Notes: generated by a model not told the origin, from the sequence alone. DNA of 64,000 nt from Alphaproteobacteria bacterium (GCA_965247665.1 CBDFHH010000002.1:132261-196260), one strand, 5' to 3'. Numbered from the stretch's first letter, positions 32,474 through 42,650 are shown. Numbers and translations: made by a program.

Positions 32474-33703
32474 ATGCTGCTCGCTGTCCTGCTCAAATCG
32501 GTGTTCAAAACCGGAACGTTAACCCTGATCGATGCTAACGGACGGACCCACCGCTTCGGCGACATGGACGAACCCCGGGTCACGGTCCGGCTGCACGACA
32601 AAGCTCTACACACCCGCCTGTTCTTCAATCCGATGCTGGCCGTAGGCGAAGCGTTCATGGATGAAACGCTGACAGTCGAAGACGACGCCGACATCCACGA
32701 TTTCCTCGCTCTCTGTCTGCGCAATCTCGGCACCACCTATGGCCACTGGTCTCAGGAGCTTATTGCAACGCTGCGCCGCATGATGCGTCGGATCGCTCAG
32801 CACAACCCGGTGGGAATCGCACGGCGGAACGTCGCTCACCACTATGATTTGTCCGACACTCTCTACGATCTGTTCCTCGACAAGGACCGCCAATACTCCT
32901 GCGCCTATTTCGCCACCGCGCAAGACAATGTCGACGAGGCGCAGGAAAACAAGAAGCGTCACATCGCGGCGAAGCTCTTGCTCGCGCCCGATAGCCGGGT
33001 GCTCGATATCGGCTCCGGCTGGGGCGGCCTGGCGCTCTATATCTCGCAGATCTCGGGTGCTGACGTCACCGGCGTCACGCTCTCGACAGAACAACAGACA
33101 GTGTCGCAAAACCGCGCCGCGTCGTCGGGCCTGGCCGATCGCGTCCGCTTCCGGCTGACCGACTATCGCGATGTCGACGAACGCTTCGACCGCATCGTTT
33201 CCGTGGGTATGTTCGAACATGTCGGAGTTGGCCACTATCGCGAGTTCTTCACCAAGGTCCGCGATCTCCTGGCCGAGGACGGTGTCGCTTTGCTGCACTC
33301 AATCGGCCGGTTCGACGGGCCAGGCTCAACCAACCCGTGGATACGAAAGTATATTTTTCCTGGGGCCTACGCTCCGGCTCTGTCTGAGGTGCTACCGGCG
33401 ATCGAGCGATCGGGACTGGTCACAACCGACATTGAGATCCTGCGCCTCCACTATGCCGAAACGTTGAAAGCTTGGCGCCGCAACTTCAACGTTCATCGCG
33501 ATGAGATCCGCGACATCTATGACGACCGTTTCTGCCGCATGTGGGAGTTCTATCTTGCCGGTAGCGAAGCCTCGTTCCGTCACGCGGGCAGCATGGTGTT
33601 CCAGATCCAGATCGCGAAACGGCAGGATGCCGCACCTCTTACCCGCGACTACATTACCAACTGGGAACGCGCCCAACGCCGGCGCGATCGCGAGGCGGCG
33701 TAA
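32474..33703 (+). CDS. cfa: Cyclopropane-fatty-acyl-phospholipid synthase family methyltransferase
   Basis: NVAHHYDL, YSCAYF, LDIGSGWG, SVGMFEHVG, KYIFPG, RMWEFYL. Confidence 0.88.
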   Translation: MLLAVLLKSVFKTGTLTLIDANGRTHRFGDMDEPRVTVRLHDKALHTRLFFNPMLAVGEAFMDETLTVEDDADIHDFLALCLRNLGTTYGHWSQELIATLRRMMRRIAQHNPVGIARRNVAHHYDLSDTLYDLFLDKDRQYSCAYFATAQDNVDEAQENKKRHIAAKLLLAPDSRVLDIGSGWGGLALYISQISGADVTGVTLSTEQQTVSQNRAASSGLADRVRFRLTDYRDVDERFDRIVSVGMFEHVGVGHYREFFTKVRDLLAEDGVALLHSIGRFDGPGSTNPWIRKYIFPGAYAPALSEVLPAIERSGLVTTDIEILRLHYAETLKAWRRNFNVHRDEIRDIYDDRFCRMWEFYLAGSEASFRHAGSMVFQIQIAKRQDAAPLTRDYITNWERAQRRRDREAA

Positions 33704-33751
33704 CCACGAGATATAGTGTCGCATAGAGCGGCGCATTACTATATATAGAGG
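33704..33751. promoter_or_regulatory. Tandem NrdR-box-like sites overlapping a putative sigma70 promoter upstream of dnaB
   Basis: CCACGAGATATAGTGT (33704-33719) and TTACTATATATAGAGG (33736-33751), 32 bp apart start to start; GTGTCG-N17-CTATAT. Confidence 0.6.
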
Positions 33752-33913
33752 CCGGATGGCGAAGTCGGGCTGCGGGCCTTCTCCGCACCCGACAAGCGGT
33801 GAAGGCACCACCGACGCTCGGTGCACCCCCCGCAAGGATGGCGTCGGCACGGAACGCCCGAGCCACGTTCATGGCGTGATGACGGCTTATGGTTAGTCAG
33901 GCGACTCACAACT

Positions 33914-33922
33914 TGTGGATAA
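33914..33922 (-). promoter_or_regulatory. DnaA box upstream of dnaB
   Basis: TGTGGATAA is the exact reverse complement of TTATCCACA. Confidence 0.65.
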
Positions 33923-34003
33923 TTTCTGTCCCGAGCTTTTTGGAAGCGGCGCGTGATCACGGATGTCATTGCGGCGCGGCACCGTGATAGCTTCCCTGGC
34001 CGC

Positions 34004-35515
34004 ATGAGCCAAATCGAGGACATTGCCCCGCTCGCCCCTACCGCCTCAGCCGGCGGTGGGCCAATGTTTCGCGAGCCGCCGCGAAACGTCGAGGCCGAAC
34101 AGGCCTTGCTCGGTGCCATGCTGGTCAATAACGAGGCGGCCTATCGCGTGTCCTCCTTCTTGCGGCCCGAGCATTTCTACGAACCGGTTCACGGGCGCAT
34201 CTACGAGACGGTTCTCACCCTCGTCGAACGCGGGCAGGTCGCCACGCCGCTAACGCTGAAGTCCACGTTCGACCGCGATCCGGCGCTCGTCGATGCCGAC
34301 GGTGCGCGCTACCTCGGCCACCTCGCGAGCGCCGCGACAACCATCATTAACGCGGAGGATTATGGCCGCCATATCTACGACTTGGCGCTGTCCCGGCAGC
34401 TGATTCGCATCGGCGAGGACATCGTCAACACCGCCTATGAGGCAAGCCTCGATCATCCCGCCGGGGAGCAGATCGAGGAGGCTGAAAAGCAGCTTTTCGG
34501 TCTTGCGCAGACCGGCGACCCGCAACGCGGCTTCGTTCCCTTCGCGGCAGCAATTGCCAAGGCGATCAACACCGCCGAAGCTGCGTATCAACGAGATTCG
34601 AAGCTTACCGGAATTGCCACCGGCTTCAACGATCTCGACGAGCTTCTTGGCGGGCTGCACCGATCCGACCTCGTCATCATCGCGGGGCGGCCGGCGATGG
34701 GTAAGACGGCGTTGGGCACCAACATCGCGTTTAACGCCGCCAAGGCATTCCGCGAGGAGGTCGACGAAGACGGCAATCGGCGTGTGGTCGATGGTGCCGC
34801 AGTCGCGTTTTTTTCACTTGAAATGTCCTCCGAGCAACTGGCGCTGCGCCTGCTCTCGGAACAATCCAACATTCCTTCAGAGAGGATCCGCCGCGGCAAC
34901 ATCTCGAGCGACGATTTCATCCAGGTCGTCCGCGCCAGCCAGGAGCTCGAGCAGCTCCGGTTGTACATCGACGATACGCCAGCGCTCAGCATCGCCGCCC
35001 TTACGACTCGCGCGCGCCGCCTAAAACGCACCGAGGATATCGGGCTCATCGTTGTCGATTATCTGCAATTGCTGCGACCGGCGCGACAGCGACGCGATGA
35101 TAACCGCGTTCTCGAGGTCTCCGAGATCACGCAGGGCCTCAAGGCGCTTGCCAAGCAGCTCGACGTCCCGGTGATTGCCATCTCCCAGCTCAGCCGCGCC
35201 GTCGAGCAGCGCGAGGACAAGCGACCACACTTGGCCGACCTCAGAGAATCCGGCGCCATCGAGCAGGACGCCGATGTCGTCATGTTTATCTATCGCGAGG
35301 AGTATTATCACGAGCGCCGCCGCCCGCCGGAGGACAAGCCGGAGTATCTCGAATGGCGCCAGCGCCTCGATGAAATCCAGGGTATTGCGGAAATCATCAT
35401 CGGCAAGCATCGCAACGGCCCGACCGGCAAAGCGGACCTCCTGTTCGACGGCCGCGTCACCAAGTTTGCCAATCTTGCAAAAGCCGAGCATCTTCCAGCC
35501 GACGCGCCTTTCTAG
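34004..35515 (+). CDS. dnaB: Replicative DNA helicase
   Basis: EAEQALLG, GRPAMGKT, FSLEMS, VDYLQL, SQLSR, DLRESGAIEQDAD, KHRNGPTG. Confidence 0.97.
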   Translation: MSQIEDIAPLAPTASAGGGPMFREPPRNVEAEQALLGAMLVNNEAAYRVSSFLRPEHFYEPVHGRIYETVLTLVERGQVATPLTLKSTFDRDPALVDADGARYLGHLASAATTIINAEDYGRHIYDLALSRQLIRIGEDIVNTAYEASLDHPAGEQIEEAEKQLFGLAQTGDPQRGFVPFAAAIAKAINTAEAAYQRDSKLTGIATGFNDLDELLGGLHRSDLVIIAGRPAMGKTALGTNIAFNAAKAFREEVDEDGNRRVVDGAAVAFFSLEMSSEQLALRLLSEQSNIPSERIRRGNISSDDFIQVVRASQELEQLRLYIDDTPALSIAALTTRARRLKRTEDIGLIVVDYLQLLRPARQRRDDNRVLEVSEITQGLKALAKQLDVPVIAISQLSRAVEQREDKRPHLADLRESGAIEQDADVVMFIYREEYYHERRRPPEDKPEYLEWRQRLDEIQGIAEIIIGKHRNGPTGKADLLFDGRVTKFANLAKAEHLPADAPF

Positions 35516-36635
35516 GGATCGCGACACGCTCGCCGGCGCGCGCCTGACGATCGATCTTGACGCGCTCGCCGACAATTACCGCCTGCTCGATCGACACAGC
35601 GCCGCCGCCAGCTGTGCCGCCGTGGTCAAGGCCAACGCCTATGGGCTCGGGATCGATCGCGTGGCCCCGGTTCTTCACGACGCCGGCTGTCGCGCGTTCT
35701 TCGTCGCGACGATCGACGAAGCGGTTGACCTCCGAGAGATACTCGACGCCAACGGCCGCGATGGCGAGATCTTCGTTCTCAATGGCATCGCCGCGCACGC
35801 AGCCCCACTCGCCCGCAAGCTGAGGCTGATCCCGGTTCTCAATACCCGCGAGGAGGTCGCGGAATGGCGCACCCTCGGCACTTCCGCCGGCGGTCGGCCC
35901 GACGTCGCCCTGCACGTCGATACCGCGATGAACCGCCTGGGTTTGCGCCTCGCCGACGCTTCCCAACTGCTCGGTGACGCGAATCTCTATGCCGACGTAA
36001 ACGTTGCGGCACTGATCAGCCACCTCGCTTGCGCGGAGCAACAGGACCACCCCCTCAACCGCCACCAACGCGAGCGCTTTTCGGCCCTGTGCGAGGGCTT
36101 GCCGCCGCTCCGCACGAGCCTCGCCAACTCGTCCGGCATCTTTCTCGGGTCCGAATTTCGCTTCGATCTGGTGCGCGCGGGGGTCGCGCTTTACGGCGTC
36201 AATCCGACTCCCAATCAACCCAATCCAATGGCGGAAGTCATTAGTTTGAAAGGAAAAATCATCCAAACCCGAAAAATTGACAGGGGTATGAGCGTTGGCT
36301 ATGGTGCCGCGTTCACTGCGACTCGACCGATGCGCTTAGCGACCGTACCGATCGGCTATGCCGACGGCTATCCGCGTGCGCTCGGCAACCGAGGGATCGG
36401 CGAAATCGGTGGCACCCGTGTTCCGGTGGTGGGTCGCGTCTCGATGGATCTCACAGTCTTCGACGTTACCGACGTGGCGGCCGATGTGGCGGCGCCCGGT
36501 GCCGAAGTCCAATTGATCGGCAGCGGCATACCGCTCGACGACGTCGCCGAGGCGGCCGGGACGATCGCCTACGAAATCCTCGTCCGCCTCGGCCCCCGAT
36601 TGGAACGTAGATACGTTTCCGCCGCAGGGCGATGA
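35502..36635 (+). CDS. alr: Alanine racemase (start codon uncertain)
   Basis: IDLDALADNY, AVVKANAYG PLP lysine, DTAMNRLG, GYADG, GRVSMD, TIAYE. Confidence 0.92.
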   Translation, partial: TRLSRDRDTLAGARLTIDLDALADNYRLLDRHSAAASCAAVVKANAYGLGIDRVAPVLHDAGCRAFFVATIDEAVDLREILDANGRDGEIFVLNGIAAHAAPLARKLRLIPVLNTREEVAEWRTLGTSAGGRPDVALHVDTAMNRLGLRLADASQLLGDANLYADVNVAALISHLACAEQQDHPLNRHQRERFSALCEGLPPLRTSLANSSGIFLGSEFRFDLVRAGVALYGVNPTPNQPNPMAEVISLKGKIIQTRKIDRGMSVGYGAAFTATRPMRLATVPIGYADGYPRALGNRGIGEIGGTRVPVVGRVSMDLTVFDVTDVAADVAAPGAEVQLIGSGIPLDDVAEAAGTIAYEILVRLGPRLERRYVSAAGR

Positions 36636-36730
36636 CGATCCTTGGCAAAAAATCGGGTCGCTACATAAACGACAACATTAGTGTTTCTGTATAAACATTT
36701 GTAAAATTGTCATTTTTTGATGCTTTTAAA

Positions 36731-37522
36731 ATGTTACACATATTGATCTTCCAGTCGCTCGGCGCGATTGGTCGCCTGTTCCTCAAGTTCCTTGGCGCCA
36801 TCGGCAATCTCACCCTGTTCACCGGCAACGCAGTCTGCCATTGCGTTACACCACCTTTCTATGGGCGTCTCATCGCCCGCCAGATCGTGATCGTCGGTTA
36901 CTACTCGCTGCCGGTCGTCGGTCTCACCGCCCTGTTCACCGGCATGGTCTTGGCGCTGCAGATCTATACCGGGTCGTCGCGCTTCAACGCCGAGGGTGCG
37001 GTAGCAACGATTGTCGTCATCGGCATTACCCGCGAGCTCGGGCCGGTGCTCGCGGGTCTCATGGTTGCCGGCCGCGTGGGTGCCGCCATGGCCGCCGAGA
37101 TCGGTACCATGCGCGTCACCGAGCAGATCGACGCGTTGACGACCCTCGCGACCCATCCCCTCAAATACTTGGTCACCCCGCGGCTCATCGCCGGTACCAT
37201 CATGCTGCCGGTGCTGGTGCTGGTTGCCGACATTATCGGAGTGTTCGGCGGCTATGTGATCAGCATCCAAAAACTCGGCTTCAACCCGGCGACGTATTTG
37301 AAGAACACGTTTGAGTTTCTCGAGGCGCTTGACGTGATATCCGGGCTCGTCAAAGCAGCGGCGTTCGGCTTCATCATCGCGCTGATGGGCTGCTACAACG
37401 GCTATAACAGTCGTGGCGGTGCCCAGGGTGTGGGTTCGGCCACGACCAACGCCGTGGTATCGGCATCGATCCTTATTCTCGCCGCCAACTATGTCATTAC
37501 AGAGCTCTTCTTTGCCCGTTGA
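36731..37522 (+). CDS. mlaE: MlaE family ABC permease (start uncertain)
   Basis: RELGPV, AEIGTMRVTEQIDAL, GVGSATT. Confidence 0.9.
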   Translation: MLHILIFQSLGAIGRLFLKFLGAIGNLTLFTGNAVCHCVTPPFYGRLIARQIVIVGYYSLPVVGLTALFTGMVLALQIYTGSSRFNAEGAVATIVVIGITRELGPVLAGLMVAGRVGAAMAAEIGTMRVTEQIDALTTLATHPLKYLVTPRLIAGTIMLPVLVLVADIIGVFGGYVISIQKLGFNPATYLKNTFEFLEALDVISGLVKAAAFGFIIALMGCYNGYNSRGGAQGVGSATTNAVVSASILILAANYVITELFFAR

Positions 37523-37531
37523 GGTCGTGGC

Positions 37532-38314
37532 TTGACAACGAGGGACACAGCCAAGGTCTTCTTTAAAGACGTTCACATCGCGTTCGGCTCGAACAAAGTC
37601 CTTCGCGGCTTCAACCTCGAGGTGGCCGAAGGCGAATCCGTGGTCGTCATCGGCGGCTCGGGCACAGGCAAATCGGTCATGCTGAAGTGTCTGCTCGGGT
37701 TGTTGCGGCCTCAGCGCGGCAGTATCCGCGTCGACGGGGTGGAAATGTTGAACGCTGGAGCCGGGGAACGCGCCCGCGTGCTCGCGAAGTTCGGCATGCT
37801 GTTTCAGAACGCGGCGCTGTTCGACAGCCTGCCGGTGTGGGAAAACGTAGCTTTCGGCCTGCTCCAGGGGGAAGGATGGTCGCGCGCCAAAGCCCGGAAA
37901 ATTGCCTCGGAAAAACTCGCTCGGGTTGGGCTCGGCGAAGACGTGGCGGAACTTGGTCCGGCGCAACTATCGGGCGGTATGCGCAAGCGCGTCGGTCTCG
38001 CCCGGGCTATTGCGACGGAGCCCGAAATCCTGCTGTTCGACGAACCGACCACGGGCCTCGACCCGATCATGGGAGACGTGATCGACCGACTAATCGTCAA
38101 ATGCGTGAAGGAGTTGGGTGCTACGGCGATCACCATTACGCACGACATGGCCAGCGCCCGCCGTATTTCCGATCGTATTGCGATGCTGTATCAGGGTGAG
38201 GTGATCTGGGTAGGTGCGACGTCCGATGTCGGTGCCAGCGACAACGCCATTGTCGAGCAATTCATCCACGGTCGCGCCGATGGGCCGATCCAGTTCGACG
38301 TTCGCGCGTCGTAA
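37532..38314 (+). CDS. mlaF: MlaF family ABC ATP-binding protein
   Basis: GGSGTGKS, LSGGMRKRV, DEPTTGLDP, THD. Confidence 0.9.
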   Translation: MTTRDTAKVFFKDVHIAFGSNKVLRGFNLEVAEGESVVVIGGSGTGKSVMLKCLLGLLRPQRGSIRVDGVEMLNAGAGERARVLAKFGMLFQNAALFDSLPVWENVAFGLLQGEGWSRAKARKIASEKLARVGLGEDVAELGPAQLSGGMRKRVGLARAIATEPEILLFDEPTTGLDPIMGDVIDRLIVKCVKELGATAITITHDMASARRISDRIAMLYQGEVIWVGATSDVGASDNAIVEQFIHGRADGPIQFDVRAS

Positions 38315-38340
38315 CGCGGTGCGAGGCAAGGGAAAAGCCG

Positions 38341-39726
38341 GTGGCTAAGGCATCTTCCAAATATGTCTGTCAGCAATGCGGCGGCGCCAGCAACCGTTGG
38401 ACGGGTCGCTGCGAAGCCTGTGGTTCGTGGAACACCCTGGTCGAAGAAATCGCGTCGAGCGCAGCGCCCAAAGGGCTGGGTAGCGGTGCCGGTAGGCGGA
38501 TCGATTTGGTTAATCTAGCCGGCAAAACCGACCTAGCCGCCTATATCGCAACCGGGATCGGCGAGCTCGATCGGGTGTGCGGCGGCGGCCTCGTGCCGGG
38601 ATCCGCCCTTCTGATCGGCGGTGATCCCGGCATCGGCAAATCAACGTTGCTCTTGCAGGTTACCGCCGGGCTCGCGGCACGCGGCGTCGCTTGCGCCTAT
38701 ATCACCGGCGAGGAAGCCGTAGATCAGGTTCGCCTGCGCGCCGATCGCTTGGGGCTGTCCCAGGCCCCGCTCGAACTCGCCGCCGCGACCAACGTGCGCG
38801 ACATCGTTACCACCCTCGACATCGCGGACGCGCCACAGCTCGTGGTCATCGACTCGATCCAGACCATGTTCGTCGACACGCTCGATTCGGCGCCCGGTAC
38901 CGTTGCCCAGGTCCGAAGTTCGGCTCAGGAGCTGATACGCGTTGCGAAGAAACGCGCGCTGACCATGGTGCTCGTCGGACATGTCACCAAGGAAGGACAG
39001 ATCGCCGGGCCACGCGTGTTGGAACACATGGTCGACACGGTGCTCTATTTCGAAGGCGAGCGCGGCCACCAGTTCAGGATTCTACGAACCGTCAAGAATA
39101 GGTTCGGGGCAACCGACGAGATCGGTGTGTTCGACATGACCGATCGCGGCATGCGCGAAGTCGACAATCCCTCGGCTCTGTTTGTCGGTGACCATGACGT
39201 CGAGCAGAGCGGTAGGTCGGTTTTCGCGGGTATCGAAGGCACTCGGCCGCTGCTGGTGGAAATCCAAGCTCTGGCGGTTCCGACGAACTTCGGCACGCCG
39301 CGCCGGGCCGTGGTCGGCTGGGACAGTGCCCGCATGGCGATGATTCTCGCAGTGTTGGAGGCCCGATGCGGGCTCATCCTCGGTGGGCAGGACGTGTTTC
39401 TCAACATCGCGGGTGGCCTCAAGGTCCGCGAGCCCGCCGCCGATCTCGCCGTCGCTGCCGCGCTAATCTCATCGACAACCGGGGTATCGGTCCCGAGCCG
39501 AACGGCCGTGTTCGGCGAAATCGGACTGTCCGGCGAAGTGCGTCCGGTCGGCCAGTCGGAGATCCGCATCAAGGAGGCGGCCAAACTTGGATACCGTCAT
39601 ATCCTCGCGCCCGGCGGAAGCGTGTCGGGCGCCGGTGACGCGAGGGTGACCTCAATCGCCCGCCTCGAAGATCTTTTCGCGCTGCTCGGCGACGTCGAAG
39701 ACCAGCGCATGATCTCCGTGTCGTAG
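38341..39726 (+). CDS. radA: DNA repair protein RadA/Sms
   Basis: C4 zinc finger, GDPGIGKST, KNRFG, FGEIGLSGE. Confidence 0.97.
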   Translation: MAKASSKYVCQQCGGASNRWTGRCEACGSWNTLVEEIASSAAPKGLGSGAGRRIDLVNLAGKTDLAAYIATGIGELDRVCGGGLVPGSALLIGGDPGIGKSTLLLQVTAGLAARGVACAYITGEEAVDQVRLRADRLGLSQAPLELAAATNVRDIVTTLDIADAPQLVVIDSIQTMFVDTLDSAPGTVAQVRSSAQELIRVAKKRALTMVLVGHVTKEGQIAGPRVLEHMVDTVLYFEGERGHQFRILRTVKNRFGATDEIGVFDMTDRGMREVDNPSALFVGDHDVEQSGRSVFAGIEGTRPLLVEIQALAVPTNFGTPRRAVVGWDSARMAMILAVLEARCGLILGGQDVFLNIAGGLKVREPAADLAVAAALISSTTGVSVPSRTAVFGEIGLSGEVRPVGQSEIRIKEAAKLGYRHILAPGGSVSGAGDARVTSIARLEDLFALLGDVEDQRMISVS

Positions 39727-39728
39727 CC

Positions 39729-40412
39729 ATGCTCGAATCGTCGCCCGTTACCGTTGCCGACATCGCCATCGTCGGCTTCCTTGCGCTGGCCGGATTGCTC
39801 GCCTTCGCCTGGGGTTTCGTACGGGTGGTTCTCGTTATCGCCGCTTGGATTGGAGCGGCCCTGGTGTCGGTATTCTTGTTCCCCGAGATACGGCCGTTTC
39901 TGCGCGATCTCATCCCGATAAACTGGGCCGCAGATGCGGTCACCGGCGTCGCTACTTTCGTCGTCTTCCTGATCGTGTTTTCGATCATCGGCGACATGAT
40001 CGCGGATACCGTACGCGGAACCCGGGTCGGCTTCATCGACCGCGCGTTGGGTTTCGGATTCGGCGTCGTGATCGGTGCCGCGCTGGTCTGCACCGCCTAT
40101 CTCGGTCTGAACTGGCTGGTCGATACCGAAGAGCAACCCGAGTGGCTGCGTACGGCGCGACTGTTGCCGATGGTCGACTACGGCGCCGGCTGGTTGATCA
40201 AGATCGTGCCGGCCGAAACCCGCGAGGCCGGTTCCGCCAAAGCCGATGAGTTCGGTCAATCGATCGAGAGAGCGGCGCAAGCCGGGCGCGCGGTCCAAGG
40301 CCTGAACGACGCCGCCAAGGAGGGCGGAGTCGATGTCGACAAAGACAAGGGTTACAGCGAGCGCGAGCGTGGCGCACTGAGACAATTATTGCAAAGCGAC
40401 GACGGTCAATGA
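39729..40412 (+). CDS. cvpA: CvpA family protein
   Basis: GFVR, IDRALGFGFG; between radA and purF. Confidence 0.88.
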   Translation: MLESSPVTVADIAIVGFLALAGLLAFAWGFVRVVLVIAAWIGAALVSVFLFPEIRPFLRDLIPINWAADAVTGVATFVVFLIVFSIIGDMIADTVRGTRVGFIDRALGFGFGVVIGAALVCTAYLGLNWLVDTEEQPEWLRTARLLPMVDYGAGWLIKIVPAETREAGSAKADEFGQSIERAAQAGRAVQGLNDAAKEGGVDVDKDKGYSERERGALRQLLQSDDGQ

Positions 40413-41890
40413 CCGTAACCGCACACCCCTCACAGTCCCGGATCGTCGAGTCCAAGTCCGATCGATTTCACGACGAATGCGGGGTGTTCGGTATCTTCGG
40501 ATATGATGATGCCGCCGCCCACACCGTGCTCGGCCTGCATGCGTTACAGCACCGCGGCCAGGAAGCCGCAGGCATCGTGTCTTTCGATGGCGAGCAGTTC
40601 CATTCGGAACGTTTTCTCGGTGAGGTCGCCGAAAACTTCAACTCGCAGGAAGTGATCAATCGCCTTCACGGCACGGTCGCGATCGGGCACAACCGCTATT
40701 CCACCACCGGGGACACGGTGCTCCGTAACGTCCAGCCGCTGTTCGCCGAATTTGCCTTTGGCGGATTTGCGGTGGCGCACAATGGCAACCTCACCAATGG
40801 CGTCGGGCTACGCAAACGGTTGGTCGCCGAGGGTTCCATTTTTCAATCCACCACGGACACCGAAGTTCTGATCCATCTAATCGCGACGAGTCCGTTCAGC
40901 GACGTTGTCGACCGCCTGATCGACGCCCTGCACAAAGTCATCGGCGCCTACTCGTTGGTCGCCTTGACCCAAGACGTTCTGATCGGGGTGCGCGACCCGC
41001 TGGGTGTGCGCCCCCTGGTCCTCGGCCGATTGGGCGATGCCACCGTTATAGCCTCGGAGAGCTGTGCTCTCGACATTATCGGGGCCGAGTTCGTGCGCGA
41101 CGTCGAGCCCGGCGAACTCATTGTTGCCGGCAGTGACGGAGTCCGCAGCCTGTTCCCCTTCCCCGCCGCGCCCCAACGTTTTTGCGTATTCGAGTACATC
41201 TACTTCGCTCGACCCGACAGCGTCGCTGACGGCTTCAACATCTACGAGGTGCGCAAACGCATCGGTGCCGAGCTCGCACGCGAAAACAGGGTCGACGCCG
41301 ACGTCGTTATTCCGGTGCCTGATTCCGGCACTCCGGCGGCGATGGGCTATGCCAGCGAGGCCGGCATACCCTTCGAACTCGGCATCATTCGCAATCACTA
41401 TGTCGGCCGAACGTTTATCGAGCCGAGCGACTCGATCCGACATCTCGGGGTCAAGCTCAAGCACAACCCCAACCGCTCCAAGATCGTCGGCCAGCGGGTC
41501 ATTCTGGTCGACGACAGCATTGTCCGCGGCACCACCTCGACCAAGATCGTGGATATGGTGCGTCAGGCCGGTGCGAGCGAGGTCCACCTGCGGATCGCCA
41601 GCCCGCCGACCACCCATTCCTGCTTTTACGGCGTCGACACGCCGGAGCGGAGCGAGCTGCTCGCCGCCGGTCAGGATCTTGAAGCCATGCGCGAAGTGAT
41701 CGGCGTCGACAGCCTGGCTTTTATTTCGATCGACGGGCTGTATCGGGCGATGGGCCACGAACAGGGTCGCAACCAGGCGGAGCCACAATACTGCGACGCT
41801 TGTTTCAGCGGCGACTACCCGCTGCGCCTGTGCGACCAGGAAGATGGCGAAGGGCCGCAGCAACTATCCTTGCTTGCCGACTCGGTCTAG
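40409..41890 (+). CDS. purF: Amidophosphoribosyltransferase
   Basis: ECGVFG, LQHRGQE, HNGNL, FEYIYFARPDS, VDDSIVRGTT. Confidence 0.97.
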   Translation: MTVTAHPSQSRIVESKSDRFHDECGVFGIFGYDDAAAHTVLGLHALQHRGQEAAGIVSFDGEQFHSERFLGEVAENFNSQEVINRLHGTVAIGHNRYSTTGDTVLRNVQPLFAEFAFGGFAVAHNGNLTNGVGLRKRLVAEGSIFQSTTDTEVLIHLIATSPFSDVVDRLIDALHKVIGAYSLVALTQDVLIGVRDPLGVRPLVLGRLGDATVIASESCALDIIGAEFVRDVEPGELIVAGSDGVRSLFPFPAAPQRFCVFEYIYFARPDSVADGFNIYEVRKRIGAELARENRVDADVVIPVPDSGTPAAMGYASEAGIPFELGIIRNHYVGRTFIEPSDSIRHLGVKLKHNPNRSKIVGQRVILVDDSIVRGTTSTKIVDMVRQAGASEVHLRIASPPTTHSCFYGVDTPERSELLAAGQDLEAMREVIGVDSLAFISIDGLYRAMGHEQGRNQAEPQYCDACFSGDYPLRLCDQEDGEGPQQLSLLADSV

Positions 41891-41914
41891 CGTCGCGTTG
41901 AGGAGTTCGGCATC

Positions 41915-42634
41915 TTGACCCGACTTCTCGAGGGACGCGTTGCTCTGATTACCGGCGCATCGCGGGGAATCGGCGCCGCGGTAGCCGAGAGATTCGCCGC
42001 GGAAGGTGCCGATCTGATCGTCATCGCCCGCACGGTCGGCGGTCTCGAAGAGCTCGATGACCGCATAGGTGAGCTCGGCGGACGGGCGACGCTGGTCCCG
42101 CTCGACCTTGCCGACGGCGTCGGTATCGATCGCCTCGGCGGTGCCATTGCCGAGCGCCATGGCCGGCTCGACATCCTCGTCGGCAATGCGGCCGATCTTG
42201 GTCGTCTCGGACCGATCGCGCAGTTCTCGCCGGACCAATGGCAGCCCGTCATCGACGTTAACCTGACGGCGAATTGGCGTTTGATCCGCTCGTTCGATCC
42301 CTTGCTGCGCGCGTCGGACGCCGGCCGCGCGATCTTCGTCACCTCAGGCGTGGCGCGGTCGTCGAAGGCATATTGGGGCGCCTACGCGGTTAGCAAGGCA
42401 GGCCTTGAAATGTTGGTCAAGACCTATGCCGCCGAGATCGCGCGCACCAATGTGCGCGCGAATCTGCTTGATCCGGGTGTCGTCCGCACGCGCATGCGGG
42501 CCCGGGCCTTTCCGGGCGAGGAACCGGAATCCCTTCCCGAGCCATCGACGATAACCGATCGTTTCGTCGAGCTGGCTTCGCCGCAATGCCAAACCAACGG
42601 CGAAGTCGTCGCCGCTCAGTCCGCCAACCCGTAG
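41915..42634 (+). CDS. SDR family oxidoreductase (YciK-like)
   Basis: TGASRGIG, YWGAYAVSK, MRARAFPGE. Confidence 0.88.
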   Translation: MTRLLEGRVALITGASRGIGAAVAERFAAEGADLIVIARTVGGLEELDDRIGELGGRATLVPLDLADGVGIDRLGGAIAERHGRLDILVGNAADLGRLGPIAQFSPDQWQPVIDVNLTANWRLIRSFDPLLRASDAGRAIFVTSGVARSSKAYWGAYAVSKAGLEMLVKTYAAEIARTNVRANLLDPGVVRTRMRARAFPGEEPESLPEPSTITDRFVELASPQCQTNGEVVAAQSANP

Positions 42635-42650
42635 CTCCGGAGTCGACGCC

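Noticed and set aside
36670-36685. Third NrdR-like motif CGACAACATTAGTGTT before mlaE
   Set aside because: One base short of consensus spacing and unpaired
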